A stretch of 64,000 bases of DNA from the sequence record MT612989.1, one strand, 5' to 3'. Positions within the stretch are counted from its first letter, which is position 1; each line of letters begins with the position of its first letter. A program made the position numbers and the translations under genes. The notes beneath the pieces were generated by a model that worked only from the letters and a program-made list of their open reading frames with translations, was not told the DNA's origin and ran no database searches. This document shows positions 45,088-54,943 of this stretch, in pieces.

Positions 45088-45387
45088 TTATAGCCCTTTT
45101 GTGTTTAAGTAAACGTCATTTACGTATTCAATTGCTTCTTTCTTCGTTTTGAAGCCTTCTGCAACTACTAACATTGTAGAGTCGTCGTCTTTCGACGTAG
45201 CACGGAGAACCCAATTCTTGCCAAAGCGACCGCGACGAATACGCAGCTTTTTATGAGTTTCACCAGTTACGTTGTTATAAAAGTTACGCTCATTTAAGTC
45301 GTCGCTTTTAAGCGAGTCAATAGAATCATAAACCCATATGGAATATTGATTGTCAGAGATAATTTTTCTGCCTTTGAATTGAATCAT
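45088..45387 (-). CDS. Hypothetical protein
   Basis: First gene after promoter; FKTKKEAIEY motif. Confidence 0.7.
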   Translation of the reverse strand: MIQFKGRKIISDNQYSIWVYDSIDSLKSDDLNERNFYNNVTGETHKKLRIRRGRFGKNWVLRATSKDDDSTMLVVAEGFKTKKEAIEYVNDVYLNTKGL

Positions 45388-45403
45388 AATTAACTATCTT
45401 TGT

Positions 45404-45464
45404 TAGTCGATGTCGTTTCGATGTAGCTATAATACGCAAAAAGGGTTGCCGAAGCAACCCTTTT
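45404..45464 (-). promoter_or_regulatory. Composite terminator/promoter cassette plus conserved leader
   Basis: GGGTTGC-TTCG-GCAACCC-TTTTT; TTGCTT-N17-TATTAT; 45425-45464 is identical to 60548-60587. Confidence 0.88.
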
Positions 45465-45466
45465 CT

Positions 45467-45799
45467 TTAATTATTTTCATCTTTTTTCTGAATATTTGCA
45501 TCTTGCTCTTTGTACAGTCGAATAACCTCAAGTAAATCAAAGTTATATGTCTTGTACGAATGCATCCACTTCGCGAAATCTAACCATTCGTCGTATTCAA
45601 AACCCACATAAGCTGTATTAGCTTTGATTGTATCAGTCGTAATGACCAATATTTTGACACCGGGATTTGGCGGTGGTGTTGGAATATTGGGGTGGACGAT
45701 TTCATTCTTTTGCGGCTCAGGTACTGGCTCTTTTGGTGTACCGATACAACCGACCAGCATGAAGCATAGAGCAATTGCTATGATTTTATTGACCATTTC
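45467..45799 (-). CDS. pseT.2: o-spanin (outer-membrane lipoprotein, PseT.2-like)
   Basis: Lipobox MLVG-C, Pro-rich linker; overlaps the i-spanin 3' end. Confidence 0.85.
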   Translation of the reverse strand, partial: EMVNKIIAIALCFMLVGCIGTPKEPVPEPQKNEIVHPNIPTPPPNPGVKILVITTDTIKANTAYVGFEYDEWLDFAKWMHSYKTYNFDLLEVIRLYKEQDANIQKKDENN

Positions 45800-46169
45800 G
45801 CACCTCGTCGAAGAACTTGTCAAGAGCTTTTTGCTCTTTTATTTGAACTAGACCAGGTTTTTGAAATACGATATCTTGACGTGATTTGTATGTGTCAATA
45901 GTCGCGGTTAACTTGTCCAATTCTGTTTGAAGAGTTTTGCGATATTGTTCCTGTTCACGGTAAACACTTCGCCATTGATCTATGGTTAAGTTTTTGTTCT
46001 TGATAGTTGTTTGCAAACGCTCATTATCACCCGTTAGTCGCTCAACTTCAGCAGTTTGAGTAACTAAATCTTTCTCAAGACTTACATTCTCATACTTCAA
46101 GTAACCAATAGAACCAATGAAAACAGCAGCAACCGCCAAGAGCACGTAAATTTTATATTGTGAAAACAC
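45786..46169 (-). CDS. pseT.3: i-spanin (PseT.3-like)
   Basis: N-terminal TM then coiled coil, KPGLV motif; AATAAATA at 46203-46210. Confidence 0.85.
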   Translation of the reverse strand: MFSQYKIYVLLAVAAVFIGSIGYLKYENVSLEKDLVTQTAEVERLTGDNERLQTTIKNKNLTIDQWRSVYREQEQYRKTLQTELDKLTATIDTYKSRQDIVFQKPGLVQIKEQKALDKFFDEVRNGQ

Positions 46170-46211
46170 GATAGGTACTCCCGTATTAGTTGTATACGAG
46201 AGTATTTATTA

Positions 46212-46481
46212 TTAAGAATAGAAGACTGGAGCGAACGTCTGTGTGAAGGGATTTAGATAAAACGTAGATACGACACCATTCTTGTCTGATATTTGAACGT
46301 CAAGACCTTGAATAGTATCTGTTTTTGATGGGCCCACGTAGACGATTTTACCGCCTCGATTTTTTGGGTCTTCTTCGAGTTTCTTCTGCAACGCAGGTAA
46401 AAACTCTTCTTGTAACTTTTTAATGAATACATTCGGGTCACCGACTTGCATCGGCTCCCCGTCTTGAAATACAAAATGCAT
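46212..46481 (-). CDS. Hypothetical protein
   Basis: ORF track; directly follows rnlA. Confidence 0.65.
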   Translation of the reverse strand: MHFVFQDGEPMQVGDPNVFIKKLQEEFLPALQKKLEEDPKNRGGKIVYVGPSKTDTIQGLDVQISDKNGVVSTFYLNPFTQTFAPVFYS

Positions 46482-47627
46482 TTACACCCCGTTTAGATAT
46501 TTCTCTGGGATTGCTAGTTCTGGTCGCTTCAGATATGCAGTAACTAAAGATTCATAGACACCTTCGACTGTCTGCTTCTGATACGCGATCATAGCTACCC
46601 CGAATTCCCATGGTTTTAATACTTTCTGACCTGCAATTGCATAGTCTTTACGCGCTAGATGACGATTACGAGCATAGAACTGACGAACTGCATTGAATGA
46701 ATTCGTAAGAGTCTTCGTCACGTGAGAATCAAATTCACGAATACGCTCAATCGTCGGTTTGTCATCTGCGAATAGCGCATAGAGATCATCGTGATTGCCG
46801 TTCAAGATAGTTGTTACCAACTTCTTCGGAACATTCACTGAGTCTTTTTGCGAGTGTAAATCAACATACCATTGAGTTTTGATTTTCACAGATTGACCGT
46901 TTGCAAGACGCAAGATCATGCCTTCAATACCTTTCGTATCTCGCAATTTCTCAACGAAATCTGGTTCATGTGCAGTCGCTGGGTCGTACTCGTCAACAAG
47001 CCACTGTTTAACACGCATCAACGCAGATTGTGGAATGTCGTCGAAGCTTACATAATCACCTGTTTCGTTGTCACGAATATTCAAGATAATCAGTTTAGCT
47101 TCTGGGTACTCAAGAACGATGCGGTTGTTAGGCGCACACCATTCCATGTTAACTGTCAAACCCGCTTGAGTACAATCGTCACAGAATTCCCACAAGTCAC
47201 GATTCTCTGGCTTTTTGATGTAGCGATTAGCCGCAACAGCTTGCTCCGAAAAGATGCTTGTTTTTGACTTCAGCGCGAAGTTCTCACCTGACAAATACGT
47301 GCTAATCAATGAACCATCAGCTTTGTCCATTAGTTGTACAGTGGTCGTCAAGTCAAGTTCCATCGTAAAGGGATTCTCGTTTAGATTGAAGAATTTCTCC
47401 ATCGGACGAGATACGATACGAATCATTTCATCATTGTCATCTAATTGAAACATGATACCACGCGCTTCAAGAGCACCCGGCAAAAGCCAATCAGAATATG
47501 AAGCAATATGATAGCTAAACACGCGAAACTTTTCACCAAGCGGTGAAAGATGATCAGCAAAGAAGAACTTGCCTTCAGCGTCATCAGCTAGAGACATCAA
47601 ATTTTTGTATAATTCTTGTACGTTCAT
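46482..47627 (-). CDS. rnlA: RNA ligase 1 (and tail fibre attachment catalyst)
   Basis: EARGIMF, RPMEKFFNLNE, motif I DKADGSLIS, TVNMEW, IEGMIL, KIKTQWY; 381 aa. Confidence 0.95.
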   Translation of the reverse strand: MNVQELYKNLMSLADDAEGKFFFADHLSPLGEKFRVFSYHIASYSDWLLPGALEARGIMFQLDDNDEMIRIVSRPMEKFFNLNENPFTMELDLTTTVQLMDKADGSLISTYLSGENFALKSKTSIFSEQAVAANRYIKKPENRDLWEFCDDCTQAGLTVNMEWCAPNNRIVLEYPEAKLIILNIRDNETGDYVSFDDIPQSALMRVKQWLVDEYDPATAHEPDFVEKLRDTKGIEGMILRLANGQSVKIKTQWYVDLHSQKDSVNVPKKLVTTILNGNHDDLYALFADDKPTIERIREFDSHVTKTLTNSFNAVRQFYARNRHLARKDYAIAGQKVLKPWEFGVAMIAYQKQTVEGVYESLVTAYLKRPELAIPEKYLNGV

Positions 47628-47655
47628 GTTATTTTCCTCTCAAAATAGTCTTTTA

Positions 47656-47686
47656 ACAGTGTACATGAGTTCATGCACACTGTCAA
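47656..47686 (-). promoter_or_regulatory. Early promoter inside an inverted repeat
   Basis: TTGACA-N17-TACACT; ACAGTGTACATGA / TCATGCACACTGT (1 mismatch). Confidence 0.8.
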
Positions 47687-47690
47687 CAAC

Positions 47691-47993
47691 TTATTTCAAG
47701 ATTTCTGTGATGATTTCTTTAACCTTTGATAGGTTAAGTTCGACTCGGGGCGGAATGACGATGCCATGAATCGACGGCTCTTCGTTTTTAAACGTCAACG
47801 ATAATACATTATTATCATGATCAACATACCAAGATGAAATATCGAGTTGAATGTCACGCTCGTATTTGACGTATCTTATTTCATCAATACCAAGTTCACG
47901 GGCAAAATCAGTGCGCATTTCTGCGCTACTGATTTCAATTTTATCTACATTAGCCAAAGAAGCTCTCCAATGTGATGGTTTTCTTGTAGTCAA
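47691..47993 (-). CDS. Hypothetical protein
   Basis: ORF track; overlaps the gp43 3' end. Confidence 0.6.
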   Translation of the reverse strand: MTTRKPSHWRASLANVDKIEISSAEMRTDFARELGIDEIRYVKYERDIQLDISSWYVDHDNNVLSLTFKNEEPSIHGIVIPPRVELNLSKVKEIITEILK

Positions 47994-50502
47994 ACTTGAT
48001 TGCTTCAGAAATCGCAGTCAATGGTTTGATGAACTTATCTTCGTACAAACGATTGTAATCTACGTGGTCAATCAAGTATGAGATTGATTCAGGTAGTTTA
48101 CCACCAGATGGGTAAGCAATACGGTCAATGCCGTGTTTGTTTCGAGTCAAGAACACAACAGCGATTTTATCACCTTCGTTGATCTTGTCGAACCCATGTT
48201 GTGCAGCTAGTTTGTTGTAGTACAACGCACCTTTTACATGACCTGGACAACCTTTACCTGGGTTACCTTGCTCGTCAGAGTATTTGTTCATGTTGTTCGC
48301 GCTAGACACAAACGACACTTCTTGATACGGAGCTACTTTGAACTCTTTCTCATACTCTTTAACGAATTCTTGAAGCTTCTCTTCGCCTTCTTGCAGAATC
48401 AAACGAATTGCTTCTTTAAGACCTTTTTGGCAAAGTGGTGGTGTTGAACTACGTTGAGTTTCAATACCCATGATTTTCAGCTTCGGTTTACGAATGCCTT
48501 CGTTATCTTGTACGTCAAGCGCGTAACGCTTTTTCGCGATAAAGAAGCCAGTACGTGCTAGAACTTCTCGGTCCATGAACATTTGACGCTCATACGTGTT
48601 CATGTACTTGTGCAGTGCTTCGTATGACGGGTTGATAACTTTCGTTTCAACTGTCTCACAGACTTTAGAGAATTTATCTGTGTATTCATCACCTTCAAGT
48701 TTGTTAACGCCAGTAAGTTCAAGAAGCGGATCAAAGTTAACGTATATTGAGTCGGTATCACCGTAAATCACGTAGTCTTTGTCAGTTGTCTTACAAACTT
48801 TGTTCAACCAGATGTTAACGTCACGCGCTACCCATTTGATTGCAAGCTGACCGTATGCTGTTACAGCTTCTGCATTACGTAGATCGTAGAAGCGGAAGTA
48901 TTCGTTACCTAACGCACCATAGAGTGAGTTGATCAAGATCTTACGAGCCATTTGCTGTACGTCGTAGATCTTCGCTTCATGTTTCGCGTGCTCGTATGCT
49001 TCACGAAGTTCAGGTGTTTCACCTTCTTCGTCCATCTTTTTCTTGATGTCGATTGCTTGCTGTTCGTATTCGAACGCTTTCTTCTTATTAGCTTTACGCT
49101 GGAAGAAGACTTTCTCAATCTCAATCGGGATTACACCACGCACGTCTTTGCGATATTGCATACCGTTCGCGCTGTTTGAAATGTCATCAGCAGGGAACGT
49201 AATAGCCATGTCAACAATCTTGTCGATACGATCTTCAAGTGTACCTTCATAGTCAAGCTGACCAACGATTGTTTCTGGTGAAATGTTACACTCACGAATA
49301 ATCGACGGGTACAGTGATGTTAAGTCGAAAGAGCCAATGCCGCGATGATAACCCACTTGAGGTGCTTTTACAAACGCGCCCATGAATCGACCACCTTCGT
49401 GCGATGTCATCATTGGTACTACTTTCTTCTCAGCTTTCAAACTGTTGAAGATGATTGCATCCCACGGTTTAATCGTACCAAGTACTGTCTGATAGTTGAT
49501 ACCCGCATAGTACGCTAGAGAAACAGTCAAAAGCATCAACTGAAGTTTCTCATCAAGTCGTTTAACCAAGTTAACGTCTTGAATCTGATAGTCAATGAAG
49601 TTCTGATAATCTTGCTCATAGAACTCTAAGTAGTTCGCTTGTGTAAACTCAACTTTTTTCTCATCAAGTTCAACTTCACCGATGTAATCAAGACGATAAG
49701 ATGGTCGAGTCACGTAAGTGAATTTCTTGTAAAGCTGAAGATAATCGAGTTCAGATACGCCGACGATATTCACTTTACAGATTTCTTGACCGTAATCGTT
49801 AGTCATCGTCGAAATGTGAACTTTACCCCACGGTGACAAGCTATTCATCACCTTCTCACCAAACAGATTTTTGTATCGATTGACAATGTATGGCATATCG
49901 AACGATTCAATGTTCCAACCTGTTACGATTGCTGGGGTCTTTTCGCGCCAGAATTGCAGATACTTAACAAGTAACTCTTTTTCAGTTGCACAGCGAATAT
50001 ACACTGTTTTTTCTAGAAGTTCTGGCTTAACGATGCTGCTTTCACGCGACCATTCTTCATTTGATGGAATACCGTAAACGTAGAATTTATCGTCGATGTT
50101 GTCATAGTGACCGATTGAAGTAATAGGCACTGGAGCGTGCGCTGCTTCAGGGAACTCAACAGACGGGGTTTCGATATCGATATTTGCAATTCGAATACGA
50201 TTGATGTCGAAGTTACGTTCTTTGTAAGTATCAGAGATATAAGTTACAACGAAGTCGTCCATACCGAGTACTTCATGATGCTGCTTAGTGTCTTTGATGT
50301 ACTTACTAGCTTCGCCCATTGTGTCAAACATCTTTGGGCGACAGTTGCGACCGTAGATGTCGTTGTAACCAGTTTCTTCGTTACAGTGAATGAACAGAGT
50401 CGGTTCATATTTGACTTTGCGCATATGCTCAAACCCGTCATCATCTAAATAACGTTCACAAAGATTAGAGCCGATTCGTTCAATTGATGTGTAGATTGCC
50501 AT
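47950..50502 (-). CDS. 43: DNA polymerase (family B, gp43), uninterrupted
   Basis: ExoI DIET, Exo[43 protein letters not shown]; 850 aa. Confidence 0.98.
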   Translation of the reverse strand: MAIYTSIERIGSNLCERYLDDDGFEHMRKVKYEPTLFIHCNEETGYNDIYGRNCRPKMFDTMGEASKYIKDTKQHHEVLGMDDFVVTYISDTYKERNFDINRIRIANIDIETPSVEFPEAAHAPVPITSIGHYDNIDDKFYVYGIPSNEEWSRESSIVKPELLEKTVYIRCATEKELLVKYLQFWREKTPAIVTGWNIESFDMPYIVNRYKNLFGEKVMNSLSPWGKVHISTMTNDYGQEICKVNIVGVSELDYLQLYKKFTYVTRPSYRLDYIGEVELDEKKVEFTQANYLEFYEQDYQNFIDYQIQDVNLVKRLDEKLQLMLLTVSLAYYAGINYQTVLGTIKPWDAIIFNSLKAEKKVVPMMTSHEGGRFMGAFVKAPQVGYHRGIGSFDLTSLYPSIIRECNISPETIVGQLDYEGTLEDRIDKIVDMAITFPADDISNSANGMQYRKDVRGVIPIEIEKVFFQRKANKKKAFEYEQQAIDIKKKMDEEGETPELREAYEHAKHEAKIYDVQQMARKILINSLYGALGNEYFRFYDLRNAEAVTAYGQLAIKWVARDVNIWLNKVCKTTDKDYVIYGDTDSIYVNFDPLLELTGVNKLEGDEYTDKFSKVCETVETKVINPSYEALHKYMNTYERQMFMDREVLARTGFFIAKKRYALDVQDNEGIRKPKLKIMGIETQRSSTPPLCQKGLKEAIRLILQEGEEKLQEFVKEYEKEFKVAPYQEVSFVSSANNMNKYSDEQGNPGKGCPGHVKGALYYNKLAAQHGFDKINEGDKIAVVFLTRNKHGIDRIAYPSGGKLPESISYLIDHVDYNRLYEDKFIKPLTAISEAIKFDYKKTITLESFFG

Positions 50503-50512
50503 GATATTCCTT

Positions 50513-50528
50513 CACAAGTTGTTACGTG
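50513..50528 (-). promoter_or_regulatory. Possible gp43 autogenous translational operator hairpin
   Basis: CACG-TAACAACT-TGTG (8-nt AAC-rich loop) immediately 5' of AAGGAATATC-ATG, the layout of the T4 gene 43 operator. Confidence 0.4.
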
Positions 50529-50562
50529 TTGCTATGCTATCAGAGAAAAATGAAGTTCTAAA

Positions 50563-51081
50563 CTACCATTTCCCTAAAAAGTGTTGTTCTTCGATAAGCC
50601 AAGCCTTGAACTCGCCTTTCGGGTTCTTATATTCGCGAAACGCATCGATTTTCATATCAATCGGGTTGTCTTTTGAAAAATAAGCCGAGCGTGTTTCTTC
50701 GTCGCCAAACACATAGAATATACCATCGAATCCCATGTGGCGAACTGCGTCGCGATACTCTTTAACTTTGTATGAGTCGATTACGCCATATAGTTTACCA
50801 TCTGAGTGGCGATAAAAGCGTTTCTTGCACTTGATTTCAACACAGAATTGCTTGCCTTTTGTGAAAACAAACACGTCTGGTAGCATGAAGCTTGCGGATG
50901 TGTCTTGACAGAACATTAAACGCTGACCACGATTATGTTTCTGATCTGTTTTTGATGTAGCTGTATTGATTAGCATTGCTAGCGGGTCTGCATGACAGAA
51001 CACACGTGCTATCTTAGGCTCAACGGCAGCTTCGAATTCGCCACCGAATTGTAGTAGTTCTTGAAAACGTTCATCGTTCAT
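50563..51081 (-). CDS. PD-(D/E)xK nuclease-fold protein
   Basis: E-helix GGEFEAAV, LPDVFVF, CVEIKCK. Confidence 0.7.
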   Translation of the reverse strand: MNDERFQELLQFGGEFEAAVEPKIARVFCHADPLAMLINTATSKTDQKHNRGQRLMFCQDTSASFMLPDVFVFTKGKQFCVEIKCKKRFYRHSDGKLYGVIDSYKVKEYRDAVRHMGFDGIFYVFGDEETRSAYFSKDNPIDMKIDAFREYKNPKGEFKAWLIEEQHFLGKW

Positions 51082-51140
51082 ATTGTATTCCTCAAAATTA
51101 AGAGGCTTGCACCTCTTAATTTTATTAGCAAGTTGAATAC

Positions 51141-51578
51141 CTACTTAACGTATCCCCACTCAAGGAAATATCCCTCGGTGAAGAGTTGTTTAGCAAGTAC
51201 AACTTGACTGATCACATGATAACGCTCATCGTCGTTTGAAATTTCACTTGAATAGTCGCGAGACTCTTGATGCGATTTTGCATAATTCTCGACAATCGTA
51301 ACCCAATCGCCTGAGTTGATTACGCTGACGTGCTCGGGACATGCGCGATAGATTTTAACTTTCGCATTCGGGTTTCCGTGACAGCGTTTGATGATTTGAT
51401 ACGCCTCGCGCTCATCGCGATCATTGTGATTGCCGTACCATCGTAGACCGTTCGCTTCGTATACATCTTCAGGGAATGTTCCCGTCAATGAGATATCGTA
51501 CAGCGGGCTGTCATCAGGAGGTGACGGCGCTCGGTGTTGCATGTGATATTCGCTCAAAAATTCAGTGTAAGTTTTCAT
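51141..51578 (-). CDS. Putative internal protein, ART-like fold
   Basis: MKTYTEFLSE leader; IYRA...GDWVT...YA..H...EWGY. Confidence 0.7.
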   Translation of the reverse strand: MKTYTEFLSEYHMQHRAPSPPDDSPLYDISLTGTFPEDVYEANGLRWYGNHNDRDEREAYQIIKRCHGNPNAKVKIYRACPEHVSVINSGDWVTIVENYAKSHQESRDYSSEISNDDERYHVISQVVLAKQLFTEGYFLEWGYVK

Positions 51579-51976
51579 TATGCACCTATCTTATACTTGT
51601 ATCGTAGATTCCAGTTTTTAGAATCGCGGAACGAGATCACGCGAAACTTATTATCGCCAGTAAATTCGTGCGACTCAGGGTGCGCGATTTTACATAGATT
51701 CCAGTCTTCAAGTAACTTGGCAATGTTATTACGACGTTCAATATCTTCGTCAGTAATTTCTACACATCGACCGTCAAGTGCTAGAAGCTCTTTAAAGTGA
51801 ACTAGAAAATACACGCCACGTTTCTGAAGAATATGGCACGATTGATATAGAGTATTTGTTTTGTTGTTCGCGATGCCGATTCGCGTTAATGTCTCGCGAA
51901 TCTTTAGAAATGCATCGTCGTCTGGTAATTGAATTTCAAGTTTGTTAATAATGTCCATGATTAATCTCAACAGCAT
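51578..51976 (-). CDS. regA: Translational repressor RegA
   Basis: FLKIRETLTRIGIAN, LYQSCHILQKRG.YFLVHFKELLALDG, RRNNIAKLLEDW. Confidence 0.96.
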   Translation of the reverse strand: MLLRLIMDIINKLEIQLPDDDAFLKIRETLTRIGIANNKTNTLYQSCHILQKRGVYFLVHFKELLALDGRCVEITDEDIERRNNIAKLLEDWNLCKIAHPESHEFTGDNKFRVISFRDSKNWNLRYKYKIGA

Positions 51977-51992
51977 AATAAAAATATATTTA

Positions 51993-52487
51993 TTAGCGTG
52001 TTAAGCCCCCCGTTCGTGAGTCGTACCATTCTTGTAATTGATTCAACTCTTCGGGCGTTAGACGATTTGAAATACTAATTGCATGTGATTTATTGACGTT
52101 GTATACATCAACAATTAGATCAACATAGTCATATTTCGGTTCTTTTGCCCATGAATTGAATCGCTTACCTTTACGAACTGCATGATACAAATAATCATAT
52201 TGCATTTCATTCGGTAACTTACTACCAACCGAATCCATGATATACGCATGAAGAACTGTATCGATGCCGTTGCTCAATGCGCGATTCACCATAAATGGTA
52301 GATATTGCTCATCAACAACCGCATCTGGTAAACGTTTCTTCATGTAGATACTGTCAACGAAATCAAACGGTGAATATTTCTCTGCTTTCTTCGCTTTCTT
52401 CAGCTCTTCTTCGTATTCTTTTTCTTCTTCAGCGATTCTCGCTTCAGTTTCTTCGCCTTTCGCTAGGAATTCAAAGATGTCCATCAA
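51993..52487 (-). CDS. 62: Clamp loader small subunit
   Basis: SPFDFVD, YLPFMVNRALS, QYDYLYHAV.KGKRF..WAK. Confidence 0.92.
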   Translation of the reverse strand: MMDIFEFLAKGEETEARIAEEEKEYEEELKKAKKAEKYSPFDFVDSIYMKKRLPDAVVDEQYLPFMVNRALSNGIDTVLHAYIMDSVGSKLPNEMQYDYLYHAVRKGKRFNSWAKEPKYDYVDLIVDVYNVNKSHAISISNRLTPEELNQLQEWYDSRTGGLTR

Positions 52488-52493
52488 ACCCCC

Positions 52494-53444
52494 TTATACG
52501 AAAGTACACTCAAGCATGATTTGAACAAGCGTGTACGCTAGTAGAATTTCAGTATCGACACAAGTTGTAGCGTTGTTGTTTGCTTCGCCTACAATTTGAA
52601 TGAATGTCGGGATGCTATTACCGTCTAAGTCAGTATATGCCGCTTTGTAAAGATTATGTAGAAACGACGCAAGATCTCCAGAATATTTCGGAATTAGACC
52701 GCGAATCGTTTTGAAGTCTTTCGATTTCAAAGCCGCAATCATTTCAGAAATATCATCGTTTGCCGTGATCTCTGAAAGAATACCTTCGTCGATAACACCT
52801 TTACGAGAATAATTCTGCAACGCAACAACAGTTTTACGATTGTCTGGGTAATTGCGTTTTACAAGCTCTTTCAACACCGCTGCATTAGTCACAGAAATGC
52901 CTTCTTGCTTACAAATACTCATCGAACGCAGAATCATTTGCTTGATACACGATAGTCGCTCGTCTTTGTCGTATACAAACTCGAATGTCTGTAGACGTGA
53001 ACGAATCGGTGTTAAGATTTTCTGAGAATAGTTACATGTCAGAATAAAGCGAACGTTTTTGCTGTATTGCTCAATCAAACCACGTAGTGCTTTCTGAGCA
53101 TCTGGTGTTAAGTTGTCTGCCTCATCAAGAATGATTGCTTTTGGCTTACCAGAGAATGATACAGTCGAACAGAATGCAGGTAAATCGTTCTGTACAAGCT
53201 TGATGCCGCGACTAGATGATGCGTTAATGAAAAGCACTTCATAACCCATATCTGCAAGCACAGCACGCGCAACAGTCGTTTTACCAGTACCAGGTGAAGA
53301 ACTTGCTAACAGCATGTTTGGGATTTCACCCGAATCAATCATCGCTTGAAAGTGTTCACGCACGCGCTCGGGTAATACACAGTCGTTGATTGTTTGTGGA
53401 CGGTAGCGTTGTTCCCATAGAAGTTCTTTCGGATCAAAATTCAT
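52494..53444 (-). CDS. 44: Clamp loader AAA+ subunit
   Basis: LWEQRYRP, SPGTGKTT, ILDEAD, SRL. Confidence 0.96.
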   Translation of the reverse strand: MNFDPKELLWEQRYRPQTINDCVLPERVREHFQAMIDSGEIPNMLLASSSPGTGKTTVARAVLADMGYEVLFINASSSRGIKLVQNDLPAFCSTVSFSGKPKAIILDEADNLTPDAQKALRGLIEQYSKNVRFILTCNYSQKILTPIRSRLQTFEFVYDKDERLSCIKQMILRSMSICKQEGISVTNAAVLKELVKRNYPDNRKTVVALQNYSRKGVIDEGILSEITANDDISEMIAALKSKDFKTIRGLIPKYSGDLASFLHNLYKAAYTDLDGNSIPTFIQIVGEANNNATTCVDTEILLAYTLVQIMLECTFV

Positions 53445-53472
53445 TTAGTCGTTTCCCATAATAAAATTTTCA

Positions 53473-53495
53473 AAAAAAAGGGGCTTTGCAGCCCC
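53473..53495 (-). terminator. Intrinsic terminator between genes 45 and 44
   Basis: GGGGCT-GCAA-AGCCCC followed by a T-run on the minus strand. Confidence 0.7.
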
Positions 53496-53512
53496 GATAA
53501 CTTACAAATAAC

Positions 53513-54178
53513 TTAAAGTGCTTCGGTTGCAATGAAGTACTCAAGGGATAGACCCAAGAAGCGAGAAATACCCGCTGGGTGAATCGAAACTTTGTAGTCT
53601 TGGTCAACGATGTTCAAACGCTCTGCTTTGAAGAAGAACTTGAATTCAACGTCTGATTCAACTTCACCAACGTTGATTTCAAACGTGTGTTTGCTTGAAC
53701 CTTGTGCATCAGTAGCTGATAGCGTGATTGCAGTGCTACCCGCTTCAGTTCGAACACAAATGTCAGAAAGACCTAGTGTCGCAGACGCTTTTTTAACGCG
53801 CTGTAGATCTTCACCTTTGAGATCAAACTCAGCACCGCCGTCTAGTTCAGTAGGGAAGTTTACTTTTTCAGGTGCTTCAGTTACAAACTCAGCGTTTGCA
53901 TATTGGAACGTAAGCTTCGTACCACCATCACCAGTAACGACAACGTATTTTTCTTGGAAATCAAGTTCAGCATTGTCAAGCAAGTTCAACGCGCTTAGAA
54001 ACTCACCCAGATCGTACACTGCAAACTCTACAGGGAACGAATCTTCGATGTCAGCGTAAGCGATTTGCTTGTTCAAGTTGTCTTGAGTACGTAGTCGAGA
54101 ACCTTGATGGATAACCATGCCGTTGTTGATGCCTGCAAAGTTTTTCAGTACTTCGATTGTAGATTTAGATAGTTTCAT
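53513..54178 (-). CDS. 45: Sliding clamp
   Basis: MKLSKSTIEVLKNFAGINNG, FAVYDLGEFL, YFIATEA. Confidence 0.96.
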   Translation of the reverse strand: MKLSKSTIEVLKNFAGINNGMVIHQGSRLRTQDNLNKQIAYADIEDSFPVEFAVYDLGEFLSALNLLDNAELDFQEKYVVVTGDGGTKLTFQYANAEFVTEAPEKVNFPTELDGGAEFDLKGEDLQRVKKASATLGLSDICVRTEAGSTAITLSATDAQGSSKHTFEINVGEVESDVEFKFFFKAERLNIVDQDYKVSIHPAGISRFLGLSLEYFIATEAL

Positions 54179-54212
54179 TCTTTTACCTTCAAGATTATGA
54201 TATTTTATTCAA

Positions 54213-54479
54213 TTAAAGTTTAAAGCCACGTTCAGTATATTCAAAGTTATACTCGTAAGCAGTAAAGTAGTCGTCTAGACCAGATGTGATTTTCAACCAA
54301 CGCTCTTTACCGAACGCTTCTAGTAGTTGAGCCTCAGGGATGATTTTTTCTTCGCCAGTGAATGCATCAATGATAACCCAATGTTTTATCTCTGGCATAG
54401 ATTGATAATTGTCTAAGTTCATTTGCATTTCCTCAATAGCTGCGCTTATATTAGCACGGCTATTTACCGGTCTAAACAC
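54213..54479 (-). CDS. gp45.2-like protein
   Basis: Position between 46 and 45; IIDAFTGEE...FGKERWLKI.SG. Confidence 0.5.
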   Translation of the reverse strand: MFRPVNSRANISAAIEEMQMNLDNYQSMPEIKHWVIIDAFTGEEKIIPEAQLLEAFGKERWLKITSGLDDYFTAYEYNFEYTERGFKL

Positions 54480-54943
54480 TATTGAATGAAGAAAAACGCA
54501 GTTTTCTTGTTAAACTCACGATGCAAAATATGCATCAATTCATCTACTTTCGTAGATACACCGCGAATGCGTTGTTCAGCAAACGAATATGTGTCAAACA
54601 AGATGATGTCTGGCATATTTGCATTGCCACGACCTACGAATGCGTTGTGATAAAACCCATCACGGACGATCTTGTCATAAGTCGTTGCCATGTCATGATT
54701 CCAACCACGACGATTCATCGAACGATTCAATTCGTTGTAATAGACTTCAAGCACATTGAAACCTTCACGTCGTAGACGCTCTGCGGCTTTTACCATCGAA
54801 GTTGTATGACCAGTCGCACGACCGAGCATAAAGCGCCCGATCTTCGTTTCTGGACATTCTGTGTGTGTGTCGTTAAGTAAAAGATACTTACACATCGTGT
54901 AAATATCTTCACTGTAATCGACCGTCATCGGTACGAGTTTCAT
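54479..54943 (-). CDS. Hypothetical degenerate P-loop-like protein
   Basis: GRATGHTT, IILFD. Confidence 0.6.
   Translation of the reverse strand: MKLVPMTVDYSEDIYTMCKYLLLNDTHTECPETKIGRFMLGRATGHTTSMVKAAERLRREGFNVLEVYYNELNRSMNRRGWNHDMATTYDKIVRDGFYHNAFVGRGNANMPDIILFDTYSFAEQRIRGVSTKVDELMHILHREFNKKTAFFFIQ

Noticed and set aside
47950-50502. Intron, intein or split in the DNA polymerase gene
   Set aside because: Continuous 850-aa ORF with all motifs in normal order and spacing.
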